DNA from: Verrucomicrobiia bacterium
GTDB lineage: Bacteria > Verrucomicrobiota > Verrucomicrobiia > Limisphaerales > UBA1319
Direction of reading: 5' to 3'
DNA: 64,000 bases
NCBI GenBank assembly: GCA_963664225.1
Contig: OY760937.1
Span: forward strand, 5,134,744 to 5,198,743
Shown here: positions 22,317 to 33,063 of the stretch, in pieces
Numbering within the stretch: the stretch's first letter is position 1
Layout: the number at the start of each line of letters is the position of its first letter
Program-made: the position numbers and the translations under genes
The notes under the pieces: generated by a model
Database searches by the model: none
What the model was told of the DNA's origin: nothing
Seen by the model: only the letters and a program-made list of their open reading frames with translations

Positions 22317-22871
22317 ATGGATACGGATGCTCCCATCACATTAAAGCGCGACTGCGAAGCGGTGATGATCCCGTCTGGCACGCCTTTGCTTCTAAAGGCG
22401 GGTGATCAGGCCTCGATCACGCAATCGCTGGGCGGTAGTTATACGGTGTATTCGAATGGCCTGCTGGCGCGCATCGAGGGCAAGGATGCCGATGCGCTGG
22501 GTTTGGAAACCGCCGTTTCAAGTGAAATTGAAAAAGACGCCAAGCCTCCCGCGGGTCCGGTTAACGAGGAATTGATCTGGAAGCAGATGCGGACCTGCTT
22601 CGATCCGGAGATTCCGGTCAATATCGTGGACTTGGGTTTGATCTATGATTGTTGCATCAATCCATTGCCGGATGGCGGAAATCTGGTGTTGGTTAAAATG
22701 ACGCTGACCGCGCCCGGCTGCGGCATGTCCGAATTTTTGAAAGCAGACCTCGAGGCCAAAATTCGGAATGTTCCAGGCGTGACGGACGTCCAGGTGGAAG
22801 TGGTCTGGGAACCCCCGTGGAACCAGGGGATGATTTCAGAGTCGGCGAGGCTTGAATTGGGACTCATGTAG
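22317..22871 (+). CDS. DUF59 / SufT-like Fe-S assembly protein with an N-terminal extension
   Basis: C-terminal about 100 aa match DUF59/MIP18 (FDPEIPVNIVDLGLIY...TLTAPGCGM); an extra roughly 80-aa N-terminal domain. Confidence 0.7.
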   Translation: MDTDAPITLKRDCEAVMIPSGTPLLLKAGDQASITQSLGGSYTVYSNGLLARIEGKDADALGLETAVSSEIEKDAKPPAGPVNEELIWKQMRTCFDPEIPVNIVDLGLIYDCCINPLPDGGNLVLVKMTLTAPGCGMSEFLKADLEAKIRNVPGVTDVQVEVVWEPPWNQGMISESARLELGLM

Positions 22872-22912
22872 CGGAGACGCATTGGAATGCGGGGGAATAT
22901 TACATTGAATCT

Positions 22913-24181
22913 ATGATAACGGAACAAACATTGGCGGCAAAAGGCACATTCGGCATCAACGAGGAACGTCTGCGGAGCGAGTTTCCAATTCTCGCCCAGA
23001 GCGTTCATGGACACCCGTTGGTCTATCTGGATAACGCCGCCACCAGTCAGAAACCGCGGGCGGTGCTCGACGCGATCCGGCATTACTATGAGAACGACAA
23101 TAGCAATGTGCATCGCGGGATCCATGAATTGAGCAATCGTGCGACAGCCGGTTTTGAAGCCGCGCGCAAACGCTCCGCTCAATTTATCAACGCGCGCAGC
23201 GAACAGGAGATCGTTTTTACACGGGGCACCACCGAAGGCATTAATCTGGTGGCCCAGGCGTGGGGTCGGCGTCATCTCAAAGCGGGCGATCAGATTCTTC
23301 TGACCGAAATGGAGCACCACAGCAATCTGGTGCCGTGGCAACTGCTCGCGCACAGCACAGGCGCGCAATTGCGCTTTGTTCCAGTCACAGGAGACGAGGG
23401 ACTTCTCAACATGCAGCGCTTGGACGAAATGCTCACTTCGAAGGTGAAGCTGTTTGCGTTCACCCACATTTCAAACACCCTCGGGACGGTGAATCCAGCA
23501 GCCGAACTATGCGCACGCGCGCGTAAATTAGGCATTGTCACGCTGGTCGATGCGGCACAAAGCGCGGGACATCGTGTTTTGGACGTGCAGGAAATCGGGT
23601 GCGATTTTCTGGCGTTTTCCGGTCACAAAATCTGCGGACCCACCGGGATTGGAATTCTTTACGGCCGGCAGGAGAGGCTTGCTGACATGGATCCCTATCA
23701 GGGCGGCGGCGAGATGATTCTCACGGTCGATTTTGAGCAAAGCACGTGGAAGGATGCGCCCCATAAATTCGAGGCGGGTACTCCCAATATTGCCGGCGCC
23801 GTCGGATTGCACGCGGCCATGGATTATCTGGATGGCATAGGTCGGACAAACATTTTCAACCACGATCAGGCCCTGGCGACTTATGCGTATGAACAGTTGG
23901 CCAGATTGGGCGGGGTGCGCTTGTTTGGTCCTCGCACGGGACGCGCGGGTCTGGTCAGTTTCCTGCTTGATGATGTTCACGCGCACGACCTGGTCACAGT
24001 GGCCGATCAGCGGGGCGTGGCCCTGCGGGGTGGCCACCACTGCAATCAGCCGCTGATGAAGCGGCTGGGTGTGATTTCCACCGCGCGTGCCAGTTTTTAT
24101 TTCTACAACACGTTTTCAGAGGTTGACCGGCTTGTGGAAGTGCTGAGCGAAATCAAAAAGTTTTTCGGCGCTTCCAAATAG
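22913..24181 (+). CDS. sufS: Cysteine desulfurase SufS
   Basis: 422 aa; class V aminotransferase; SGHKICGPTGIG PLP-Lys motif; RGGHHC active-site Cys. Confidence 0.93.
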   Translation: MITEQTLAAKGTFGINEERLRSEFPILAQSVHGHPLVYLDNAATSQKPRAVLDAIRHYYENDNSNVHRGIHELSNRATAGFEAARKRSAQFINARSEQEIVFTRGTTEGINLVAQAWGRRHLKAGDQILLTEMEHHSNLVPWQLLAHSTGAQLRFVPVTGDEGLLNMQRLDEMLTSKVKLFAFTHISNTLGTVNPAAELCARARKLGIVTLVDAAQSAGHRVLDVQEIGCDFLAFSGHKICGPTGIGILYGRQERLADMDPYQGGGEMILTVDFEQSTWKDAPHKFEAGTPNIAGAVGLHAAMDYLDGIGRTNIFNHDQALATYAYEQLARLGGVRLFGPRTGRAGLVSFLLDDVHAHDLVTVADQRGVALRGGHHCNQPLMKRLGVISTARASFYFYNTFSEVDRLVEVLSEIKKFFGASK

Positions 24182-24208
24182 CAATTGCCCATCCGTCCAA
24201 GAAGAAAA

Positions 24209-24233
24209 GGCACCGGTTCCCGGTGCCTTTTTT
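24209..24233 (+). terminator. Rho-independent terminator after sufS
   Basis: GGCACCGG-ttcc-CGGTGCC hairpin followed by TTTTTT. Confidence 0.75.
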
Positions 24234-24937
24234 GCGTGGAGCCAGGAAATCAGCGCGATTTAGAATTGTTAGTTTGCCATTCACTCTTCGCCAGGTTCAG
24301 CCAAGCCAGCAGAAATGGCTTCCCAGAAGATACACTGGGTGACTTGAAGAAGGATTTGGCGCGGAGTGCCAAGCGTGCTGAATCTAAAGAGTCGGCGGTG
24401 TTTCAGTTGATCATCCCGGTCCCGAGGCATTTCTTACAATCTCCAACCCCATTGCACTTTGTGCATATCTGGCGCCGCAACGCATACAAGGGAAAACCCC
24501 AGGATAAATTGGCAAGCTACTTTGCTGTCCGCTTCCATTACATGGCTCGCAGACTGATTTAAACGACGCCGTAAGCCATACTCCCCATGTATGAGGATCG
24601 TTGGAGTTGCAATGACCGAACGGGACTCGGGACAAAAAGGTTCATATACTATTATAATAGCGGAATGTCCATTGTAATAAAACAAATCAACACCAGGCAC
24701 ATTGGCCGGGTCAAACGCGGGATTGGAAGCGGCAAAATTAGAAATCCTTTATCGAGCGGGAGGATGAATAAGATATGATTCTGAGGGTTAAAATAAGCCC
24801 AATTGGATTGAAATTTGAGGGTCGCAAATTGGTATCGACAGGGAAGATGGCCCGGTATATTCAGAGCGCCGGAACCATGCATTTTCCGCCTAACAAAATT
24901 GGCCATTGGTCCGCTTGCACCGGTGTCGTCTTGATGA

Positions 24938-26374
<1,437 letters not shown>

Positions 26375-26402
26375 CCAATCCTGCTGTTGCTCGTTGTTGG
26401 GG

Positions 26403-26434
26403 TGGCGTTGCTTTCTCAGCGCCACTCTTTTTTA
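26403..26434 (+). terminator. Rho-independent terminator after gdhA
   Basis: GTGGCG-ttgctttctcag-CGCCAC hairpin followed by TCTTTTTT. Confidence 0.65.
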
Positions 26435-26585
26435 ATGGTCTTCCGCTCATTTTGTCGGTTCTGCCCATCATTCTCGCCGACATCTCACTCCTGTAAGTAT
26501 TGATTCCGTTGCTTTCTTGAGGGCGCAGCCATCGAAAGGGGGCTGGTGCTCCCAAAATGTGTGCAAACCGAAAGTGTGGAGCTGC

Positions 26586-28620
26586 GTGCGGATGGGTATT
26601 GATCACAGGGGTTCTTGCGGTATGCTTGAAAACGGCACCGGTACGGTGTTCTTTTTGAGAGTGCTTTTGGAAAGCGCCAAGCAAAGTTTGGTGGCTGTAG
26701 TCAAATGCAACGAGTTGATCATGATAACAGGTCGAGAGTCATGTAGCCGCGTCCAAAGCGTGGTGGGGCGACCCGCCGCGTTCAAGCTGGGCAAGGCAAA
26801 GGTGCGAGCCGTAGCGTCTGCGAACTCGATTCAGCCTCGTTACTCTAAAGCGGGAGTGGCCAGCCTGTCAGAGAAGGTGAAGCCAGCATTGGAGGGGAAG
26901 ATTCGACCAGAAGCACCCTTCAAGCTCCCCGGGGTCAGAGGAGACAGCGCGTACCCAAACAACCATCAGGAACTTGGGAGACCCTGCCTGAACCTCGGTC
27001 CCGAGACCGGGGAACGCACGTCGGGAAGCCATAACCGGCGGGCGCTCAGGATCAGGGAGTCGGACGGGCTCATAGTAGCTGCGAAATCCCGGTCAAGCCG
27101 GGATGGAGCCAAGGAGCCCTGGCCAGAGTCAAGCCGAGTCAGAGGGAACTGGAGCTGATTGAAGTGAAAACTTCCACGACAGAACAAGCGGTGGAGGAAC
27201 TTTCCTTTCGGGAAGCGATCCTGCCGCCCAAACTTCAGGAACTGAGACAGAAGCTGGGCCGGAAAGCCAAACAAGAGAAGCGATTCCGCTTCTACAGCCT
27301 CTACGGACTGGTGTTCCTGCCGGAGGTGCTGCAAGCGGCATGGGCTGCGGTGCGGCGCAATGGCGGGGCACCGGGCGTGGACGGAGTGAGCATCGACCAG
27401 ATCACCGCGACACCTGAAAGTGAAGCGGCGTTTCTGGGAACGATCAGGCAGAGCCTGCGGGACAAGACCTACCGCGCCCAACCGGTGCGGCGGGTCTATA
27501 TACCGAAGGCAAACGGAAAACTGCGGCCACTGGGAATCCCGACGGTGAAGGACCGGGTGGTGCAAGCGGCGGTATTGCTGATTCTGGAGCCCATCTTCGA
27601 AGCGGACTTTGAGGATTGTTCCTACGGGTTTCGGCCCGGACGGTCGGCGCACGACGCATTGCAAACCCTCCAAAAACACCTGAAGGAGGGGAAGAACGCA
27701 GTGTATGACGCGGACCTGTCCGGATACTTCGACAGCATCCCTCACGACAAGCTTCTGGCTTGCGTGCGGATGCGCGTGGTGGACGGCGCGGTTTTGGGAC
27801 TCATCCGGCAATGGCTGGCGGCCCCCGTGGTGGAACCTCCCCAAGGAGAGGAACCGCCTCGGGTCAACCGCCGGGATCGGGGCACGCCGCAAGGCGGAGT
27901 CCTCTCTCCGTTACTGGCCAACATATACCTGCACTGGTTCGACCACCTGTTCCAAAGGGCGGATGGACCGGCGCACTGGGCGGATGCCCGGCTCGTTCGC
28001 TATGCGGACGACTTTGTGGTCATGGCCCGGTATATGGGTCCCAAGCTGCGAGCATGGATTGAGGAAAAGCTGGAGGGCTGGCTCACACTGGAAATCAACC
28101 GGGACAAAACCCGGGTGGTCAACGTCAACGAGCAAAGCCTGGACTTTCTGGGCTACACCTTCCGGTATGACCGGGATCAATTCGGCAGGGCGTTTCACTA
28201 CCTCAACCTGTGTCCTTCGGGCAAGGCGATGGAACGGGAGAGGCAGGCGTTGCGACTGCTGATCAATGCCGGGCAAAGTCATACGCCGCTGCCGGAGTTG
28301 ATCGGGCGGATCAACCGTCATTTGCGGGGTTGGAGCAACTACTTCAACCTCGGACAACCCCGACGGGCCTTTCGCCAGATCAACCACTTCGTGAGAGTGC
28401 GGCTGGGCAAACACCTGCGACGACGAAGCCAGCGGGGCTGGCGCGTCCGTCAGGGAGTCACGCTCTATGCCCATCTCGAAACACTGGGTCTGAAGGCATT
28501 GTGAATGCAATCTGGAAAAGACGACTCTGGCGAAAGCCGGATGTGGGAAATCTGCATGTCCGGTTTGACGAGGGAGAGGTGAGCGGCGGTCATTGGCCTT
28601 TGCGCCTTTCATCCCGTGCT
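26586..28620 (+). mobile_element. Group II intron (boundaries approximate)
   Basis: A GTGCG 5' motif lies about 580 nt upstream of an RT/maturase ORF. A domain-V-like hairpin (AGCCGGATGTG...CATGTCCGGTT, with the AGC triad) follows about 30 nt after the ORF stop. The element sits between gdhA and a MATE transporter gene. Confidence 0.6.
27164..28504 (+). CDS. Group II intron-encoded reverse transcriptase/maturase (no endonuclease domain)
   Basis: 446 aa; RT domains with RYADDFVV; C-terminal maturase (X) domain; ends without an HNH region. Confidence 0.9.
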   Translation: MKTSTTEQAVEELSFREAILPPKLQELRQKLGRKAKQEKRFRFYSLYGLVFLPEVLQAAWAAVRRNGGAPGVDGVSIDQITATPESEAAFLGTIRQSLRDKTYRAQPVRRVYIPKANGKLRPLGIPTVKDRVVQAAVLLILEPIFEADFEDCSYGFRPGRSAHDALQTLQKHLKEGKNAVYDADLSGYFDSIPHDKLLACVRMRVVDGAVLGLIRQWLAAPVVEPPQGEEPPRVNRRDRGTPQGGVLSPLLANIYLHWFDHLFQRADGPAHWADARLVRYADDFVVMARYMGPKLRAWIEEKLEGWLTLEINRDKTRVVNVNEQSLDFLGYTFRYDRDQFGRAFHYLNLCPSGKAMERERQALRLLINAGQSHTPLPELIGRINRHLRGWSNYFNLGQPRRAFRQINHFVRVRLGKHLRRRSQRGWRVRQGVTLYAHLETLGLKAL

Positions 28621-28700
28621 CTCCTCTCTACTCTACTGGATTCTTTGCAAAAAATGCCAATGGCCTTCAGAATTTGGCCAGCTTCCTGTTGCCCGTATTA

Positions 28701-30113
28701 ATGACGATGTCTAAACACAAATCCAGTGAGGCTGGAATGGCTGAGGTGCTTGCCATCTCGTTGCCGATGGTCGTTTCACAGGCCTGTGACACGGTCATGG
28801 TGTTCACGGACCGTTTGTTTCTTGCGCGGTTGAAACCGGAGTTGATGAACGCGGTTTTGGGAGGCGGCTTGACGGCGTTCATGATGATGTCGTTTTTCTT
28901 TGGGTTGCTGGGATTCACCACCGCGCTGGTGGCCCAACATCTGGGAGCCAGTCGCAAGAGGGATTGCGCTGTGGTTTTGACGCAGGCGCTGATTTTCGCC
29001 TGTATCGCGTATCCGCTCATTCTTGCGTTGCGGCCGGCCGGACATGGCTTGTTCCAGATCATGGGGGTGAAGGGGGAACAGCTTGGTCCGCAGATCGAGT
29101 ATTTCGATATCCTCCTCTATGGATCGCTCATCAGTCTGGTTCGTTTGTGTCTGAGCGGCTATTTCTCCGGTATCGGGCGCACGCGGATTGTCATGATTGC
29201 GTCGTTTGCCACCATGCTCATCAATGTCGGACTGGGTTATGCGTTTATTTTCGGAAAAATCGGCATTCCAGCGATGGGAATCCGGGGCGCGGCCTTTGCA
29301 ACGTTGATAAGCGGGGCCGTCGGACTGGTGATTCTGGCGCTTGCTTACTTTGGTGAAGGTAATCGCAAGGAATTCGGCGTGATGCGGGCATTTCATTTTG
29401 ACCGGCCGCTGGCGGGTAAACTTCTTCGGTATGGTTCACCGACCGGTTTTGAGATGTGTCTGAACATCCTGGCGTTTAATGTCATGGTGATGATGTTTCA
29501 CGCCATGGGGGCATCGACAGCCACGGCGGCCACAGTGGTTTTAAACTGGGACTTTGTTTCGTTTGTTCCGTTGATTGGCATCGAGATTGGCGTTACCAGT
29601 CTGGTAGGCCGATACATGGGCGCCGGAGAACCTGACAAGGCGCATCAATCGGTGATGTCCGGCTTGAAACTGGGGTTGTTCTATTCGGCCATTGTGTTTG
29701 TGTTTTTTGCCGGATTCCCTGGCATGCTGGTGGATGTGTTTCGGCCAGTGGGCCAAAGTCTGGTATTTGATGCCGCAACGCCCACGGCAATTTTCATGGT
29801 GCGAACGGCCTCGGTATATGTGCTGGTCGAGGCCATGCTGTGCGTATTTATCGGGGCTCTGCGTGGTGCGGGGGATACCTTTTGGGCGATGCGGATGTCA
29901 GTCATCCTCCACTGGACCACGGCGGTTGTGTTGGTGTTGCTTTTGAGGGTTCTTTATCTGTCCCCGGAAGTGGGCTGGCTGGCGATGGTGTGCTTTTTCC
30001 TCGTCTTTTCGGTGGTTGTGTTCAAGCGATATCGCGAGGGAAAGTGGAGAGGTATCCGTCTGGTGGAAGGGACGGTTGCGGCGCATGCCGGGCCAGTCAA
30101 CGAGAACATCTGA
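28701..30113 (+). CDS. MATE-family multidrug/efflux transporter
   Basis: About 470 aa with 12 TM segments; MATE (NorM/DinF-like) sequence pattern. Confidence 0.8.
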   Translation: MTMSKHKSSEAGMAEVLAISLPMVVSQACDTVMVFTDRLFLARLKPELMNAVLGGGLTAFMMMSFFFGLLGFTTALVAQHLGASRKRDCAVVLTQALIFACIAYPLILALRPAGHGLFQIMGVKGEQLGPQIEYFDILLYGSLISLVRLCLSGYFSGIGRTRIVMIASFATMLINVGLGYAFIFGKIGIPAMGIRGAAFATLISGAVGLVILALAYFGEGNRKEFGVMRAFHFDRPLAGKLLRYGSPTGFEMCLNILAFNVMVMMFHAMGASTATAATVVLNWDFVSFVPLIGIEIGVTSLVGRYMGAGEPDKAHQSVMSGLKLGLFYSAIVFVFFAGFPGMLVDVFRPVGQSLVFDAATPTAIFMVRTASVYVLVEAMLCVFIGALRGAGDTFWAMRMSVILHWTTAVVLVLLLRVLYLSPEVGWLAMVCFFLVFSVVVFKRYREGKWRGIRLVEGTVAAHAGPVNENI

Positions 30114-30404
30114 TTTCAACGGCCACACTTGATGACCGGGGCAGGGGCATTCCGATCCCTGTCCCGATCAAAATCCATGATTTACAAAACAAAGCTCGTT
30201 TTATAATCAACAAAAGTCCCGTGGCATGTATCTTGTTTGTGACGGGTTGCCTGAATTGCAGAGTCCACCAGGCCTGCGCCTGGCTCCAGGAATAGTTGAC
30301 AATATTTGGCATTTATACAGACTGTCTTGACAGACAATATCAGCTTTTCTTTGATGCTTTGGAACAGTGCGTTTCAATTTAGAGGTCGGTAAACCAACGA
30401 TAAT

Positions 30405-31016
30405 ATGACAACGACAATTCTCGCAACAACGCTGGTCGAAGGGTTGCTCGTGTCAATGCAGTTCCTGGTGTTCCTGTCGATGGCCATTGGGGGGCTAATA
30501 TGTCTTGGTTTTGCGGCCATTTTTGGAGGACACCACGATGGCGAAATGGGACACGATATCGGCCATGTGGATCATGCCGGTGATCATGCCAGCGAACATG
30601 GCACTGGCCCGTCTTTTTTGTCGCCAAGGGTGTTTCTGGCGTTCCTGACGGGTTTCGGTGTGGCCGGAGCCATTGCCACGGTATATGGAGCGGGTCCCGG
30701 CCTGGCGACCGGCATCGGCTTTATTCCCGGTTTGGTCATGGCAATCCTTGCATGGTTTGTCGCATATTACCTTTTCAAGGAGCAGGTCAACTCCAGCATT
30801 CGTCCGGGACAGGTCGTCGGTTCCATCGGAACCGTTGTCACAGCGATTCAGGCTGGTGGTCTCGGCGAAATCAATGTTTCGGTGAATGGCCAGATTGTGC
30901 CGTACACGGCCGTGGCCGAAGATGGTGAAACTCCTTTTCGGGTTGGAACCCGCGTCAAAGTGATCCGTGACCTTGGCGACAAAGTTTCGGTAATCAAGGA
31001 GACGGGTGGCATTTAA
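30405..31016 (+). CDS. NfeD-family membrane protein (partner of SPFH/flotillin)
   Basis: 203 aa; N-terminal TM helices plus a C-terminal OB-fold-like soluble domain; directly upstream of the flotillin gene. Confidence 0.6.
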   Translation: MTTTILATTLVEGLLVSMQFLVFLSMAIGGLICLGFAAIFGGHHDGEMGHDIGHVDHAGDHASEHGTGPSFLSPRVFLAFLTGFGVAGAIATVYGAGPGLATGIGFIPGLVMAILAWFVAYYLFKEQVNSSIRPGQVVGSIGTVVTAIQAGGLGEINVSVNGQIVPYTAVAEDGETPFRVGTRVKVIRDLGDKVSVIKETGGI

Positions 31017-31075
31017 GGTGACGGCACCAAGGCACCGTGAAACGCAAAGGGAATTAAAACAGCGAAAGGAAGACT

Positions 31076-32911
31076 ATGATCATTCATTCAATGTTGGCGG
31101 AAATAAATTACGCCAGGGCGGTTGTTCCAGCGCTAATTGTGGGGTTTTTCATTGGCATGCTCTTCATCGTGTGGGCCATGACCAAGCGCTACAGGCGCAT
31201 TCCCCCGAATGCAATTGGCGTCATCTATGGCAAACGCCGCACTCAGATTACCGGTCCTGACGGCCAGAAATCGGAAGTGGGCTTCAAATTGGTATCCGGC
31301 GGCGCGGTCTTCATTTGGCCGATCGTTGAGGAATACGCGGAAATGTCCACCGAAGCGTTTCAGATTGAAATCAGTGAGGATAATATCCCATCGAAGAAAA
31401 ACGTTGGCGTCACTGTCTCGGGTGTCGCCACCTGTCGCATTTCTCCGATTCCCGAAGAGCAGATGAACGCCGTTCAAAACTTCCTGGGAAAAACGTTGGA
31501 GGAAATCAAGGGGATGATCGGTCAGATTCTCCGTGGTCACTTGCGTTCGATTGTCGGTGGTCTCGAAGTCGAGGAACTGCTGCGCGAACGATCCAAGTTT
31601 AACGAGATGGTCGTCAAGGAATGCTCGCCCGAACTCTCCCGCATGGGCATCCGGATTCTGACTCTGGTCATTCAGGATGTTAAGGACAAGGAGGGCTACA
31701 TTGATGCCCTTGGAAAACAGGCGGTCGCCATCGCCAAGCGGGATGCGCAAATTGCCACCGCCGAGGCGGAGCGGGAAACGAAGGTCAAGACCAGCGATGC
31801 CATACGCACGGCAGCCGAGGTCACGGCGCAAAACGATGCCTTGATCAAGGAGGCGGAAAAGAAGCGCGACATTCAAGTGGCTCAATTCCGGTTGGAGACG
31901 GCCACCAAGCAGGCTGAAGCGGACATGGCAGGCCCCCAGGCCAAAACCAGGCAGGAGCAAATCCTCGCAGTCCTGGAAGCCCAGAGGGACAGTGCCGCCA
32001 CCGAAGCTCGCACGAAAGTGCAGGAACTCGAGGCGCAGCGCAAACAGAAGGAATTGGAGGCAACCACCATTGTCACCGCCCAGGCCACAGCGAAAGCTTC
32101 AGTCATCAAATCCGAGGGAGAACGCAGCGCCGCGACGGTTCAGGCCGAAGCGCGCAAAAAAGTCGCCGAGCTTAATGCCGATACCGCCCGGCTTGAAGCC
32201 GAGGGACATCGCAACGCCCTCATTCTTGAGGGCGAAGGCGAGGGAAAGAAGCTTCAAACCATAGCCGAGGCCCAGGCCATTGCCACGCAAAAGACGAAGA
32301 CTGCGGAAGCCGAGGGCGAACGTGCCAGCCTGCTGGCCCAGGCGGATGGAACTAAAGCGGCCAGACTGGCCGAGGCGGCCGGTCGTGAACAATTCCTTCT
32401 CGCGGAAGCCAAAGGGAAGCAAAGCATGCTTCTGGCTGAGGCGGATGGTGCTGATAAAATGGCCGAGGCCATGAAAAAATTGTCCGAACAGGGCAAATTG
32501 ATCCTGGTTCTCGATCGTCTGCCCCACCTGCTCGAAGTCGGCGGCGAAGCGGGGCAGAAGATCGCCAAGGCGGTTTTCGATCCCATCGGCGTGGGTGTCA
32601 GCAAAATCGGCAATGTGACCATCACCGATCTCGGCGGCGGCAACACGGCGAAGAATGGCTTGTCCGCCATTGGGAACCTCGTTCCTCAAATCGTGGTGGA
32701 CTTCTTCACGCAGGCGAAAGCGCGTGGCATAGATCTCACGGAGCTTCTCAAGGCTTTGAAGATGGATCCGGCCCAATTGACCAGCATGCTCAATCCAACC
32801 GCGGAATCACAGCTTCCAACAGATGGTGCTGCTGAGGCTGCGGACTCTGCGAATCGGACTTCGGCACACAAGAGTGCCGGCGGCAACGCCACAAGCACCG
32901 AGGCCAATTAG
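31076..32911 (+). CDS. Flotillin-family SPFH/band-7 protein (FloT/YqiK-like)
   Basis: 611 aa; N-terminal TM segment, SPFH domain, long Ala/Glu-rich coiled-coil flotillin region. Confidence 0.85.
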   Translation: MIIHSMLAEINYARAVVPALIVGFFIGMLFIVWAMTKRYRRIPPNAIGVIYGKRRTQITGPDGQKSEVGFKLVSGGAVFIWPIVEEYAEMSTEAFQIEISEDNIPSKKNVGVTVSGVATCRISPIPEEQMNAVQNFLGKTLEEIKGMIGQILRGHLRSIVGGLEVEELLRERSKFNEMVVKECSPELSRMGIRILTLVIQDVKDKEGYIDALGKQAVAIAKRDAQIATAEAERETKVKTSDAIRTAAEVTAQNDALIKEAEKKRDIQVAQFRLETATKQAEADMAGPQAKTRQEQILAVLEAQRDSAATEARTKVQELEAQRKQKELEATTIVTAQATAKASVIKSEGERSAATVQAEARKKVAELNADTARLEAEGHRNALILEGEGEGKKLQTIAEAQAIATQKTKTAEAEGERASLLAQADGTKAARLAEAAGREQFLLAEAKGKQSMLLAEADGADKMAEAMKKLSEQGKLILVLDRLPHLLEVGGEAGQKIAKAVFDPIGVGVSKIGNVTITDLGGGNTAKNGLSAIGNLVPQIVVDFFTQAKARGIDLTELLKALKMDPAQLTSMLNPTAESQLPTDGAAEAADSANRTSAHKSAGGNATSTEAN

Positions 32912-33063
32912 CTCCGATCCAACGTTCATAATTCAAACCGGCTGTCGTGAAATGACGCAGCCGGTTTTTTATGAAGTTTGGAAACGGATATCCTCAGAAC
33001 TTTTTCTGCCAATTTGAAATACTTTGTCACGTCTTCGCACTTTTCAACCACTGATGCGACGAT

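Noticed and set aside
24185-24562. 125-aa ORF immediately after sufS
   Set aside because: It begins inside the sufS terminator hairpin and runs through low-complexity AT-richer DNA with no SD and no homology. It is treated as non-coding.
26517-27158. 213-aa ORF upstream of the RT gene
   Set aside because: It lies entirely within domains I-III of the predicted group II intron RNA and has no recognisable protein features. It is most likely a spurious ORF in structured RNA.
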